64,000 nt of DNA from an uncultured Methanosarcinaceae archaeon (GCA_963733675.1 CAVTET010000003.1:288001-352000); one strand, 5' to 3'. Counted from the stretch's first letter, positions 1 to 10,899 are shown. Numbers and translations: made by a program. The notes: a model not told the origin generated them from the sequence alone.

Positions 1-977
1 GCTTCGAGATCGTTCCCGATTCCTTCAAGCTTCTTATAAGCAACCGGAAGAGCAGTTCCGAGCTTGAATCCTAACGTCCCCGCTCTTGAGCCCGAAGCCA
101 AGTCCTCTCCCTGAGCTTCGAGCCTGAAATCGACTACAGGCAGTTTTTCTCCTGTCCAGGGTTCCTTGTAAAAGCGATCCCTGAACCTGATTTTAGGTCC
201 ATGTTTCCGAAAACCATGGCCTGGATAGTAACTGCCGTACCTCGAGCACCCTTGATATTGTGGATTTGTCGAAATTCCTTTGCTCTTGGACTCATCCAGG
301 AATCAAACACTGCCTTAACAGCAAGTTCAAGTTGTTCCTATGCATCTTCTGGGAAAGGTCTCCCGCTTTCATCGAAGAAAAATCGTTCATACTTCGCTGC
401 AAGTTTCCTTAACTCCATGTAATCCAGTTCTTTTTCTTCCGGAACTCCAGCAGCATCGATTGTGGAATTCAGCAGATTCCGATATATGGAAGGATCCTGG
501 GAAAACACTATTCTTCCAAATCCCTCTATTAGCCTCCGATACGAGTCCCAGGTAAAACTAGGGTTCCCTGTTCTAGCAATGAGGGATCTTACGTTATTCC
601 TGGAAAGCCCCACGTTCAGTAGAGTCTCCATAGAACCTGGCATGGAAGCTGCAGCCCCAGACCTGACAGAAACCATAAGGGGAGGAGAGCCCCCAAAATC
701 CTTTCCAGTTACACCTTCAATGAAAAGAATGCCCTGCCTGAGGAGGCTGGGTACTTCATCGGGAAGAGATCTTGAATTTTTGAAGTAATCTTCACATACA
801 GATACATTCAAGACAAAACCAGGGGGTATCGGGACACCCATAGAAGACATATCTATAAAGGATCGACCCTTTGTTCCCAAAGGATTCCTTGGAGGCATAT
901 TTTTCCTTTCCGTCTCCGAATTCAAGCATCTTTGCTTCTGTAATATTTTTTTCAGCTCCTAGCATATTTTCAGGCAT
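1..977 (-). pseudogene. Pyruvate phosphate dikinase N-terminal (ATP-grasp / PEP-pyruvate-binding)-like gene, disrupted; runs off the window
   Basis: Motifs GNKG, PIPPGF, LMVSVRSGAAASMPGSMETLLNVG, TWDSYRRLI, then [11 protein letters not shown] and [10 protein letters not shown] after an in-frame TAG at 338-340. Frameshifts near 857 and ~75. ATG at 977 directly follows the upstream gene's stop. Confidence 0.85.
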
Positions 978-978
978 T

Positions 979-2973
979 TCAATATCCCTTCCAGATGTGT
1001 ACTTCAAAAGCTCTATCCCTTACTGTAAAGGCTGCAAGCATCAGGAAATTTGAAGCATCCTCTATTTTTCTTGCAAGATCACGGGCAAGAATGGCTTCTT
1101 TGAAATCGGTGCTTCTTCAAAGATTACTCTGTTTGCCTCCCTGAAGGCCTCGTCACAGGTTCTTTCCAGGTTGATAACCTATGCTGTAGACCCGAAAAAT
1201 GCTTGCATTTCGTCAGGGGTGCAGATTCGGGTACTGCACTGGTAAGCGTAAACAATTTTCAGAAATTCTCGACTGCTTTCCAGGACTATCACTGCCATCT
1301 TTTCCAAGCTTTTCAGAATCTTCCGGGATATATTAACCAGAGGGATAAGACTTACAAAAAAGACAACATCTTCAAGGGCGTCAATAATGTCATCCATATG
1401 GAAGATCAGTTTTTCAAAGAACCCAGCGTTTTCGATCCTTTTTGAAATAGTTCGGATTTTGTTTACGAACTCATCAGCCTTGCTTTCCCAGATTTTGGCT
1501 CTCTTTGAGTTCCTGAGGACAAAGTTATTGTCTCTAATATAACTTATGTGGAAAAGGGAATCGTTTACAGCCCCTGCAGTTTCCACAATTAAGGATGCAT
1601 GTTCCAAGCATATTTCCATAAGATCTTCCTCAGCGGAGTGGAAGTATCTGAGAAGCTCAGCTCTAATTTCATCCTGTATAAGAAGAAGGGGATCTCCACT
1701 AAGCAGCCCCTTTGAGGCCCTATGTAGGACCCACTGGAAATATTCAGCTTTCTACCTTCCAATTATCTGGTAGAGTGACTCACCATAGGGAAGAGGCACC
1801 CTAGAAACAAGTTCAAGAGCCCCAAAGATCAGGTGTTCTCCTCCAAGTATCAGGTACGCCCTGTGCCCGCATTCATTTTCGGCTGCCCAGCGGAGTACTT
1901 TTATGCAATCTACATTAGGAACAAATTTTTGTAGGCTTTTCCTGGCGCGGTTCCAGTCGATGAGAAAAACGATCCTGGAACCTAGAAGAGCTAGAAAGTT
2001 CTTCAGCTCTTCCCTACCCTTTGCTCTGAAGCGACCCACTGAAAGGTGGTAGAGATCGTCTTCGAACTTCTTGCCTGCAACTCTGGAGACTGTATCCTCC
2101 CAGGAAATACCAGTCCCCTCGAAAAGGCTTTGGAAAAAAAGCAGCCTCCGCAAATGAACATCGGTATAAGTAACAGATACCTCAAATCCCATAACATGGA
2201 TCACGAGCACATGGGCCTCGGTCTCTCCTATGTCATTCTGGATCACAAGCTTGCCTGAAATGCGGGTTGCAGTCGTCCAAAGCCCTGGATGGTCAAATTT
2301 CAGGGAAAAAGTCCGGTTCACGCCAGCCATGAAAGCAATTATCAGTTCTTTGTCCCCTTCTGACACCAGATAAATTTTTGCCCCGTTGAGATTTTCAACA
2401 GCAAGCTCTTCTTGTATCATTATTTAAAATCCTGTGTATGTCCATGACTAGGATGTGGAGGCTATCGTCCTTTCCCCTGTCTCCGGAAGTTAGATCCCTT
2501 ATGAAATCCCCTCTCAGAATCCCGGATTCTCTAGCCGAAATTCCTGCCTCAATTTCGACGCCTTGGCTTTTTAACTCTTTTAACCTTGCCTCAAATTCCA
2601 TCCCCTCAACCCTACCTGTAGAAAGCAGAGGTTTCAGCATTTCGTCCATGCAACCCCATATCCTGGAGAGAATTTCTTCGGCAAAAGGAACAAAGTAAGT
2701 GTTTTGCTCTTTTTTAAAGGCTTCTGGAACAACTCTATCAAATTTTGAGTTTTCTTCTCCGACATTTTCCCTCTCGGTTGTGAGGGAAGGAAACTTCAGT
2801 TGTGGATGTTCTGCTTTTTCTCTGGCGGTCTGCAGTAGAGTCAAGTAATATTTGATTCTGTCATTTGCGGTGAGAGCAAAATTCACAAGCTCGGGAAGGA
2901 GAAGTTCCTCTTCTCCGAGTTCCCAGACGATAGATTTTTTCTTCAACCATGCCACATCCCGATAGAAGCTCAT
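979..2973 (-). pseudogene. Large protein with a C-terminal PhoU/DUF47-like (phosphate transport regulator) helical domain, disrupted
   Basis: ORFs 2395-2973, 1752-2420 and 1179-1619 join into one gene through a frameshift at ~2420, in-frame TAGs at 1752-1754 and 1179-1181, and a frameshift at ~1113. The C-terminal part (WESKADEFVNKIR...MDDIIDALED...LERTCDEAFR) fits DUF47/PhoU. Confidence 0.7.
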
Positions 2974-3034
2974 TGCTTCAATTTTCTTTGATTATAACCA
3001 GGAAAGAGAAAAACCTAATAGCTGAGTTCTTCTA

Positions 3035-3093
3035 ATGTCAGCTAATTCAAAATTATGTCAGCTAATTCGAATTAGCTCTATAGGATATATAAG
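3035..3093 (-). promoter_or_regulatory. TATA box plus operator-like palindrome and direct repeats upstream of the DUF47-PPDK pair
   Basis: TATA-like TTATATAT on the minus strand at ~3092-3085. Perfect 18-bp palindrome AGCTAATTCGAATTAGCT at 3060-3077. 20-bp tandem repeat ATGTCAGCTAATTC(A/G)AA. Confidence 0.5.
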
Positions 3094-3270
3094 AATTGTC
3101 CGTGAAAAAATTCAGAAGAGATATGTTTTTAAAGAGAAATAAACTGCACTGACTAAAAAAACTATAAGGAGAGAATACCGATCTTTAAGGTGCTGACTGA
3201 GGAAAGCACTGACTCGAGAGATCTTTCCTTATAAGAGCTGTAAAATATTTTCGGTTGAAATTTTTTAGTT

Positions 3271-4143
3271 TTACTTCTTCAGCTGGATGTACCCAACTTT
3301 ACTCACAATATTCTGCCCTTTCTGGCTCAGCATAAAGTCGCTCAATTCTTTTGTGAGTCCTGATGGTTCCCCATTCGTATAGATCTGGAGTGTTCTGGAG
3401 AGGGGGTATTCACCACTTAGAATAGTTTTCTGAGTTGGCAATACAGAGCCTTTTCCGTTATCCAGGCTTAAAACCTTTATGTCTTTATCGACGTACGCAA
3501 AGCCAATGTACCCGATTGCGTTAGGGTTTAGAGTTACTTCACTGACTATTCCGCCCGTAGTAGCTTGGGTAAGCGCATCAGGTCTGTATTCATTAAATCC
3601 AACATCTTTCTTGAAGTCTGCATAAGTTCCCGAACTACTGTCCCTAGAAATTATGGCTATTGGTTTATCTTCACCACCAACTTGCTTCCAGTTACTGATA
3701 CTCCCATCATAGATACCACGCAGCTGGTCAAAGGTAAGTTTTGAAACAGGATTCTTGGGGTTTACAATCACTGTAATACCGTCGTAAGCAATTACATGTT
3801 CTACTGGGTTGATTCCATTTGTATTGGCTTTTTTGATTTCGTCAGTTGTCATTTTTCTGGATGCGGTAGCAATGTCCACTTGCTTATCAATTAGAGCTGC
3901 AATTCCAACACCAGATCCGCCTCCGGTAACTGAGACGCTTTTTCCGGAGTTTTCTTTCAAAAATTCTTCCGCTTGAGCCTGTGCAAGAGGCAGAACTGAA
4001 TCAGAACCTTTCACAGAAATGCTCTGTGCTTGAGATGAAGTAGCTTTCTGCTCAGGAGCCGCTAAACTACATCCAATTCCCAGAACAACAAGTCCGATCG
4101 CTAGTAATATGAAGATTATACGATTTGTAAATTTTTTTGCCAT
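3271..4143 (-). CDS. pstS: Phosphate ABC transporter substrate-binding protein (lipoprotein-like signal)
   Basis: KGSDSV, GGGSGVG, DIATASR, AYDGITVIVN, RDSSSGT, GYIGFAY and YPLSR motifs. N-terminal hydrophobic segment ending IGC. Confidence 0.95.
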   Translation of the reverse strand: MAKKFTNRIIFILLAIGLVVLGIGCSLAAPEQKATSSQAQSISVKGSDSVLPLAQAQAEEFLKENSGKSVSVTGGGSGVGIAALIDKQVDIATASRKMTTDEIKKANTNGINPVEHVIAYDGITVIVNPKNPVSKLTFDQLRGIYDGSISNWKQVGGEDKPIAIISRDSSSGTYADFKKDVGFNEYRPDALTQATTGGIVSEVTLNPNAIGYIGFAYVDKDIKVLSLDNGKGSVLPTQKTILSGEYPLSRTLQIYTNGEPSGLTKELSDFMLSQKGQNIVSKVGYIQLKK

Positions 4144-4769
4144 ATTACAGTACTCCTTTTGAAAATCTCTTAATATGTTGTCAATATATAGATATTTAAT
4201 TTATTATCTATATTATATACACTACAATATAATTATATATAAATATTCCCACTATATACAATATAGATATATATCTGTATAAAGTATTTAGTAAAAATAA
4301 AGAACACTATATATATTACATATTATATCTAATATCAAAGTTCTATTCTGAAAGACTAAATAAGAATTGGGCAGTAGGTAAAAAGTTAAAAGTTGGTAGA
4401 ATAGACACAAATGAGTATAAAGTATAAAGACAAGTGCATCAGATAACAATGTCAATTTTACTATTTTGGCAGTTTAAGGTTTAATGCTATTTATCAGTTA
4501 AAGTTGGCAGTGTCACGAATTTATAGTTAATTCAAAGTTAAATTTTAGTATACTGTATGTAATTAGATTCTTCATAAATGGAATCATCTACACACTAACT
4601 TCTTGAGATTTGTGATTTTTCTTAAAAAATTCCACGTTGCCTTGAAATTCTATTTCCTAAACATTTTAGCCAAAATTCAAGGACATTATTACCTCAATTT
4701 GAAGAAAATATATAGCTTTTACTCAAATCAGTATAACAACTAAAGAAACCAAAATGTTGCGATTTTTAT

Positions 4770-5391
4770 TTCAGTCGAATACCCCGCAGCTTGCTGCGGG
4801 GATGGAAAACTTCCCCGATAACCGTTGTTAAATAACAAATTTATATTTTTTGCTACATTTGTACTGTAAATGGAACTAAGACGTGCAAACCATTGTGTAT
4901 ATAAAATAAGATACCACATGGTTTTTTGTTTGAAGTACCATAAAAATCTTTTTTTAGGGACAGAACTCATCAACTTTTTGAAAAACGTATGCTTTGAAAT
5001 TAGTGAAATGATACTGTTTTGAGTTTGATGCAATTAGTAATGATGGTAATCATGTACATCTTTTTGTTGGAGCTGAACCAAAGTATTCTCCTTCAAAAGT
5101 CATGCAAATTATAAAAAGTATTACAGCAAGATAAATCTTTAAACAATACCCTGAAATCAAAAAACAGCTTTAGGGTGGTGAACTGTGGAGTGATGGAGGT
5201 TACATTGGAACTATAGGAGATGGAACAACTTCAGATTCTATCAAAAACTATGTTGAAAATCAGGGAAACAAGGACGAAAAAGAAGCATATCAGCAAATGA
5301 AAATACTCGATTTTTAATAGCCATTACAACCATAACGGTGGCGCGAACATACCCCTTTGCTTGCAGCGGAGTGCGCCAGCGCAACTTTGAT
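4770..5391 (+). mobile_element. IS200-type element (tnpA only) with inactivated transposase
   Basis: Subterminal hairpins CCCCGCAGCTTGCTGCGGGG (left) and CCCCTTTGCTTGCAGCGGAG (right). Preceded by TTTAT, ends ACTTTGAT. Near-identical to the element at 25809. Confidence 0.9.
4870..5317 (+). pseudogene. tnpA: IS200/IS605 TnpA (Y1 HUH transposase), frameshifted, with internal stops
   Basis: MELRRANHCVYKIRYHMVF, HVHL (HUH), LWSDGGY and KNYVENQ (catalytic Tyr). +1 frameshift at ~5009, then TAA and TAG downstream. Confidence 0.9.
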
Positions 5392-5396
5392 TTATT

Positions 5397-5489
5397 AGAA
5401 AATTCCGATAAACCTCTTTTTTTACGAGTTATTTATGCACTATTTATTGGCATCTAACAAAATTTTGGGTTTATCGAAATAATCCTCAG
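5397..5489. repeat. MITE-like element copy (degenerate GAGGATTTCGATAAAC-type terminal inverted repeats, TIRs)
   Basis: GAAAATTCCGATAAACC...GGGTTTATCGAAATAATCCTC, ~90 bp, similar to the copies at 9407, 13171, 16769 and 34934. Confidence 0.55.
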
Positions 5490-5525
5490 TTTAATTGCAT
5501 TCATTTAATAAATTTTACATTTTTT

Positions 5526-6983
5526 TCATATTCCTATTATTGTGTTAATTTGTTTCATATCCAAATTCCTCTCAACAAAATTTGCGAGCTCATCGTAAGC
5601 GTCGTTTTCGGTCATAACATCTTCAGGCCTGAATTCGAGCCCTTTTATCTTATAGAGGTACTTCACAAGTGCATCTCTGATATTCTTGTTCTCAAAAAGC
5701 CCATGAATATACGTGCCAATTACCAGGCCTTCCTCGTCAATTGCACCATCGTCCCCAAATACGTTGCAGAAGGAATCGGTGATTCCCATATGGATTTCAT
5801 ATCCTTTTATTTCCTCCCCACCTATTGGAGTAAGGATCGGGCCACAGGGCTTTATTTTTTTTGTGACCTGAATCGTCTTCTTTTGATATGTTCCAAACTT
5901 TGTCACCACATCAAGAAGGCCAAGGCCTTTGACTTCTGCTTCAACCCCATTTTCAACCCCTGAATCGAAAATTGTTTTGCCCATTATCTGATACCCTCCA
6001 CATATCCCGAAAATAGGAATTTTTCCTTTAAAAGCTTTGATTTTTTCTGCCATTCCGCTTGCTTTTAAGTCGATCAGATCATTAACAGTATTTTTTGTAC
6101 CCGGGATCATGATTGCATCAGGGGTTCCGATTTCTTCGTAAAGGTTCACATAGCGAATTTGGGCTAGTTCCTCCAGGGGTTCGAAGTCAGTGAAGTTTGA
6201 TATTCTGGGCAGACGGATGACGACGATCTCTATACCCTTTTCATTTTTTGGATTTTTTTTATCCTCAAGTGAAACTGAATCTTCTGAGGGAATATGGAGC
6301 TTGAAATATGGAAGAACCCCAATCACTGGAATTCCAGTCTTCTCTTCAAGTTGTTTAAGGCCTGGCTTCAGGATTTCCAGGTCGCCTCGAAACTTATTAA
6401 TAATAAACCCTTTGATATTTTTCCGTACATCTTCAGGCAAAAGCGCAATTGTTCCATAAAGGCTTGCAAAAACGCCTCCTCTCTCTATATCGCCAACCAG
6501 TATTATTGGAGCTTGCGTAAGCCTCGCAGTGCCGATATTTACAATATCTCTTTCATACAGATTAATTTCAGCAGCTCCCCCTGCTCCTTCCATAACAATG
6601 ATGTCATATTTTACAGAAAGCCTTTCCAGAGCTGCTTCAAGGACTGCGTTCACTTCTGAGATGGAATCATAGTACTGGCCTGCACTTTTGTCAGAATAAG
6701 GCTCTCCGAGAAGAATTACCTGGGAAACAAAATCCCCTTTGGGTTTCAGGAGAACAGGATTCATATCAGCAGTTGGTTCGGAACCTGCAGCTTTTGCTTG
6801 GATTGCCTGAGCAATTCCAATTTCCTTTCCATCTTTTGTAATCCAGGAGTTTAGACTCATGTTCTGAGCCTTGAAAGGAGCAACTTTATATTTTCGTGAC
6901 AGTATCCTGCATAGGGCAGTCACTAATGAACTTTTTCCAACATGGGAGGCTGTTCCCAAGATCAAAACACTTTTCTTTTCCAT
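5526..6983 (-). CDS. cobQ: Cobyric acid synthase
   Basis: GTASHVGKS, PFKAQNMSLNS, MNPVLLKP, EGAGGAAEIN, GDIERGGVFA, RISNFTDF, GICGGYQ, GYEIH and GTYIHG motifs. Confidence 0.97.
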   Translation of the reverse strand: MEKKSVLILGTASHVGKSSLVTALCRILSRKYKVAPFKAQNMSLNSWITKDGKEIGIAQAIQAKAAGSEPTADMNPVLLKPKGDFVSQVILLGEPYSDKSAGQYYDSISEVNAVLEAALERLSVKYDIIVMEGAGGAAEINLYERDIVNIGTARLTQAPIILVGDIERGGVFASLYGTIALLPEDVRKNIKGFIINKFRGDLEILKPGLKQLEEKTGIPVIGVLPYFKLHIPSEDSVSLEDKKNPKNEKGIEIVVIRLPRISNFTDFEPLEELAQIRYVNLYEEIGTPDAIMIPGTKNTVNDLIDLKASGMAEKIKAFKGKIPIFGICGGYQIMGKTIFDSGVENGVEAEVKGLGLLDVVTKFGTYQKKTIQVTKKIKPCGPILTPIGGEEIKGYEIHMGITDSFCNVFGDDGAIDEEGLVIGTYIHGLFENKNIRDALVKYLYKIKGLEFRPEDVMTENDAYDELANFVERNLDMKQINTIIGI

Positions 6984-8400
6984 TTTTACCAGACCTTATG
7001 CTCTAATACGTCGTTTTTTATGTAATTAGGATTTGCAGTTGGATGCGAAATTATGAGGAATAGACTTTGTTGTAAAATCTGCATTTTAGACATTGATGGT
7101 TTTAATACTATTAATTTTTCAGTTCAACCACAAAAGTCTTAATAATTTCAAAATTTGATCACGATATTTTTTTTATGGATATTTAAATCAAGTAAAATTG
7201 TTTTTGATATTTATCCCCTTCTATTTTACCCTCTTATTCTTCAGCTAAATTAAATATTTTAAAATTCACAATAGTTACAAATTTTATCAGTTCCAAAATT
7301 ATTTCTACAAATAAGAAGAATATTATATAAATTATCTAAGGTAATAAACCGTTGGTTGTGAAACAAAAAATGACTCTAATTTTAGGATGGAAATAGCCAA
7401 TTTACAGTCTGAATCTGCTGGATTATGTAGTTTTGTTGATATAACAACTTACTTACTGAAACGAACTATGATTTTCAAAATGTTCATAATGTTTGATTTT
7501 CCGCTGTAACATCTTCTAACTGATTCTCTTGAATCTTCAATCAATGCTTCAAGTCAAAAATGTCAAAAATAAAAATTCCTCTTGAAGATAATATTTTTAA
7601 TTGCATAAAGTCCAATTACATTGAAAATATTTTTTTCTTCATTTGGGAAATAGACGATGAAGTTTTTAAGATGATATCTCATTAAGTTAAGGTAAAAAGC
7701 TCTGCTGTTGACTTACATTGTATCCATATTATGGTCGCAGATTACTTAACTTATAAATGAATTAAAATCAAAGAAGAGAACTGCTTGAGATACTAATTTT
7801 ACATTGTATAGTTTTATATATATACATATTAAAATCTCTAAGCTAACAATCGATGTTTATCAATATAAATGAGTTAGACAAAGGATTTTAGATCTTCATT
7901 CGTCTTGATCTTACCATTTTTTTTAGCTTCCTTGATGCTAAAATAGTCGATCAACTTATAGCTCACCAGGTCTAAAAACCATTGATGAGGATAAATTTCA
8001 TTTTGATAAATTTAAACTGATGTGTGGTACTATTTAAAACATATTTTTAGATCTAAAATGGAATGATTAATCTAATCAGTATCATGCACAACTGAATACA
8101 AAATTTGCTTAATATAGCTATGGAGATATAACTCAAAAGATATAGCGTAGATGAGTGATTATTCAATTTTTATTCTATACCAAAATAGGCATATTTGGTG
8201 TGCTTAAGGATAATTTCAAAAAGGTATTTTATTTTATCTATCAACTCGAATTTAGAAGAATACTATGGAAGAAAAAAATCAATATCACATTGTTTTTCCG
8301 TAAAATGGATGAATAATGTGTTGAATATTTGCTGAGTATCATTAGCAAGTTAGTGAAATACTTACTTTGATAGACTACTATGGCCAAGATCCTCCTTGAT

Positions 8401-9288
8401 TTATCCACCCTTAATTTCATTGACTTGTTCTTTAAGTTCTCTCTTAATTCCATACTTCCGTAAGAAATGGATCAGTATATTCGATATATCCCTTTCGAGG
8501 ATTTCATCAGCTTGAGGATGTTCTTGAGTGATATACTGGGGCCAATCAATGATCTGAATCCCCTCTTCGGAAACAAATATGTTAAACTCACTTAAATCGG
8601 CATGTATGATTCCCATTGAATAGATAATTTTTACCTGCTTGATAATCTCATCGAGATGCCATTCCGGATCAATAAGTTTTGTTTTTGAAAGGAGGCTACC
8701 TTTTGCAAGATCCATGACTATCAAATGCCTATTCTGATCAAAAGGTTTTGGGATTGAAACTTTAGGGTATAACCTGCTCATTATCTCATACTCTCTGTGG
8801 GCAGCAAGGCGAGCGGCATAAATACGTGAAAAGTTATCTCCTTTGCCCATGTGCTCACTAAATTTCGTTAGTTGATTGAAACCGGTTTTATTTCCCCTAT
8901 AAACTTTAATTATGACTGAAATGGATTTTTCAATTGCAAGTTTCGGCTGCCTGATTGCTTCAAAAATTACTGAATCCTTTCCAACTCCGATTTCACTTCC
9001 TATTTCACTGATACTTTTTCTCTTGACAAAGGCATTGAGGGCAAGGATGTCATATCCTTCGAAGTAAATCTGAAAACCTTCATATGATTTAGTGTTCTTG
9101 ATCACAAGCTTGTTCTTAACAAGCTTTTTTAGCCTATATTCCAACTTATCAAAGGGCAACTTGGTGTATTTATTTAATTCTTCTATTGGCACCCATTCAA
9201 AGCGTCTCATTCCTATTTCGATACCAGTTAGAATTCTTAAATTTTTTGAATCAAGCTCCTTAAAAATTCTTCGTGTTTCGTCTATCAT
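8401..9288 (-). CDS. rio2: RIO2-type serine/threonine kinase
   Basis: N-terminal winged helix (EIGMRRFEWVP), GVGKDS, HADLSEFNI and IIDWPQ. Confidence 0.92.
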   Translation of the reverse strand: MIDETRRIFKELDSKNLRILTGIEIGMRRFEWVPIEELNKYTKLPFDKLEYRLKKLVKNKLVIKNTKSYEGFQIYFEGYDILALNAFVKRKSISEIGSEIGVGKDSVIFEAIRQPKLAIEKSISVIIKVYRGNKTGFNQLTKFSEHMGKGDNFSRIYAARLAAHREYEIMSRLYPKVSIPKPFDQNRHLIVMDLAKGSLLSKTKLIDPEWHLDEIIKQVKIIYSMGIIHADLSEFNIFVSEEGIQIIDWPQYITQEHPQADEILERDISNILIHFLRKYGIKRELKEQVNEIKGG

Positions 9289-9406
9289 CCTTGTATTAAT
9301 TATAATCCTTCTATTTAAATAATAACCTAGAAACCCCTAATCCAGTTCCTACTTCTATAACTTCTGAGTCGTCTACTGTTGCCTTGACGCTGTTAAATGA
9401 ACTCAT

Positions 9407-9473
9407 GAGGATTTCGATGAATCCCTAAATTATATGAAATGACTCGCGAAAATCAAGGGCTTCTCGAGATCCT
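9407..9473. repeat. MITE-like element copy
   Basis: GAGGATTTCGATGAATCCCTAAAT...AAGGGCTTCTCGAGATCCT. The first 25 nt are identical to those at 13172. Confidence 0.65.
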
Positions 9474-9547
9474 ATAGAATTAATTTGAGTGACAATGGAT
9501 TGTTTTTACATTGTATGAGGCATTCAAAAAAAAGATTATAATAGACT

Positions 9548-10378
9548 TTACTCGTAGTAAATATTCCTGAGCAGAAGCCCATCTTCTTCGAGATTAGGAC
9601 TTTCACATATTGCCATTCCTGTAATTTTGAACTCTTTTATAGCGACTAAAAGTTCTGGGTAATTAAAGTCAGATTCTTTTAAAGTCAGATGCTTCTTTTC
9701 TCCGTTCCTGTTGTATTCTATTCCCGATATGTGCATATGCATGTTTAAAAGACCTTCTTTCCCAAGGGATTCTTCTACTTTCGCTAGTATTGCAATAAAC
9801 TCAGAGTAGGAATTTTGTCTCCCTTCCCTTGCATGCATATGAGAAAAGTCTAGACAAGGCATTATCCCTTCTATTTCTGAACTCAGGGAAAGTACCTCTT
9901 CAAGAGTCCCAAATTGAGTACGTTTGCCCATGGTTTCAGGGCGCAGGACTACAGAAATTCCTTCGTCCAGGAGTTGTTGTGTAATTTTTTGCAGAGCTTT
10001 TGATACCATATCGTAGGCTTCTTGGTTGCTGCTCTTTTGATAAAAAGCCGCATGTAAAACAATGGACTCAGCCCCGCAGAGGCTACCTATCCTGGCGGCT
10101 TGGTAAATTCTCTCTAAGCTCGCCTTGAGTTTTTTTTCTTCTAAAGAATTCAGGTTGACATAATAAGGTGCGTGGACACTGAGGAATACATTTTCTTTAT
10201 TTCCAGCCTCATGAACATTTTTTGCTCCTTTTTCGCTCATGCGAACTCCCTGGACGAACTCAAGTTCCATGCAGTCAAGGCCAAGTTCACGAACTCTTTC
10301 AATCCCTGAGATACTGTTTTTTCCTTTTGTACTTCTTGGAACTCCAGCAGTTCCGAAAAGCAGTTTTTTCGGGGGCAT
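9548..10378 (-). CDS. nfo: Endonuclease IV (AP endonuclease family 2)
   Basis: HAPYYVNL, VLHAAFY, RPETMGK, DFSHMHAR, HMHISGI, GEKKH and CESP motifs. Confidence 0.9.
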   Translation of the reverse strand: MPPKKLLFGTAGVPRSTKGKNSISGIERVRELGLDCMELEFVQGVRMSEKGAKNVHEAGNKENVFLSVHAPYYVNLNSLEEKKLKASLERIYQAARIGSLCGAESIVLHAAFYQKSSNQEAYDMVSKALQKITQQLLDEGISVVLRPETMGKRTQFGTLEEVLSLSSEIEGIMPCLDFSHMHAREGRQNSYSEFIAILAKVEESLGKEGLLNMHMHISGIEYNRNGEKKHLTLKESDFNYPELLVAIKEFKITGMAICESPNLEEDGLLLRNIYYE

Positions 10379-10390
10379 TTTATATCCTTT

Positions 10391-10726
10391 TCAGTGAGTT
10401 TCCACAAAGTCTTTTAACTGCTTTGTTCTCTCAGGAGATAGCTTTTCAAAAATTACTGCAACCAGCTCTTCAAGGTCTTCATCCACCATAGACTGGACGT
10501 CCTCCTTTCCTTCTAGTATCAGGCCTACAAGATAATCGAGTTCTTCAGGGTTCAGTCTCCTTAACCTTTCCCTGAAATCTTCAGGAGACTCGGCAAATTT
10601 GTGTGAAATTGGACGCAGGATGAAAGGGAACTGATGTCCTGCTTCTTTGGAAATGAGTTTATTCCCGGCTTCTGGAGCAAGCTTGTTAAAAATCTCAATA
10701 TCTTTTGTTGTAAATTCTCTTGGCAT
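10391..10726 (-). CDS. Hypothetical protein, probably co-transcribed with nfo
   Basis: 111-aa ORF ending 12 bp before nfo; protein-like composition. Confidence 0.75.
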   Translation of the reverse strand: MPREFTTKDIEIFNKLAPEAGNKLISKEAGHQFPFILRPISHKFAESPEDFRERLRRLNPEELDYLVGLILEGKEDVQSMVDEDLEELVAVIFEKLSPERTKQLKDFVETH

Positions 10727-10789
10727 ATTTTCACTTTATATTTCTTCCCTGATTTATAGATGTTTAAAAGTAAAACAATTCTGAGTTAT

Positions 10790-10866
10790 TCCAGTCGATA
10801 TCCTGCAGCTTGTTACGGGGATGTAAATTTCTCCAAGAGATTTTGTTAACTACTGATTTATATTTT
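10790..10866 (+). mobile_element. Degenerate IS200 left end with its promoter region
   Basis: TCCAGTCGATATCCTGCAGCTTGTTACGGGGATGTAAATTTCTCC...TTTATATTTT aligns with 4770-4850. Confidence 0.65.
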
Positions 10867-10899
10867 ATAGTTGATGTAGGAGAAACAGAATCGTGAATA

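Noticed and set aside
7000-8390. Long AT-rich spacer with coding-like fragments
   Set aside because: No recognisable motif or sustained frame, so it cannot be assigned.
9126-9136. 11-nt match (TTTTTAGCCTA) in rio2 to the putative guide of the 46219 TnpB
   Set aside because: Partial, low-complexity match compatible with chance.
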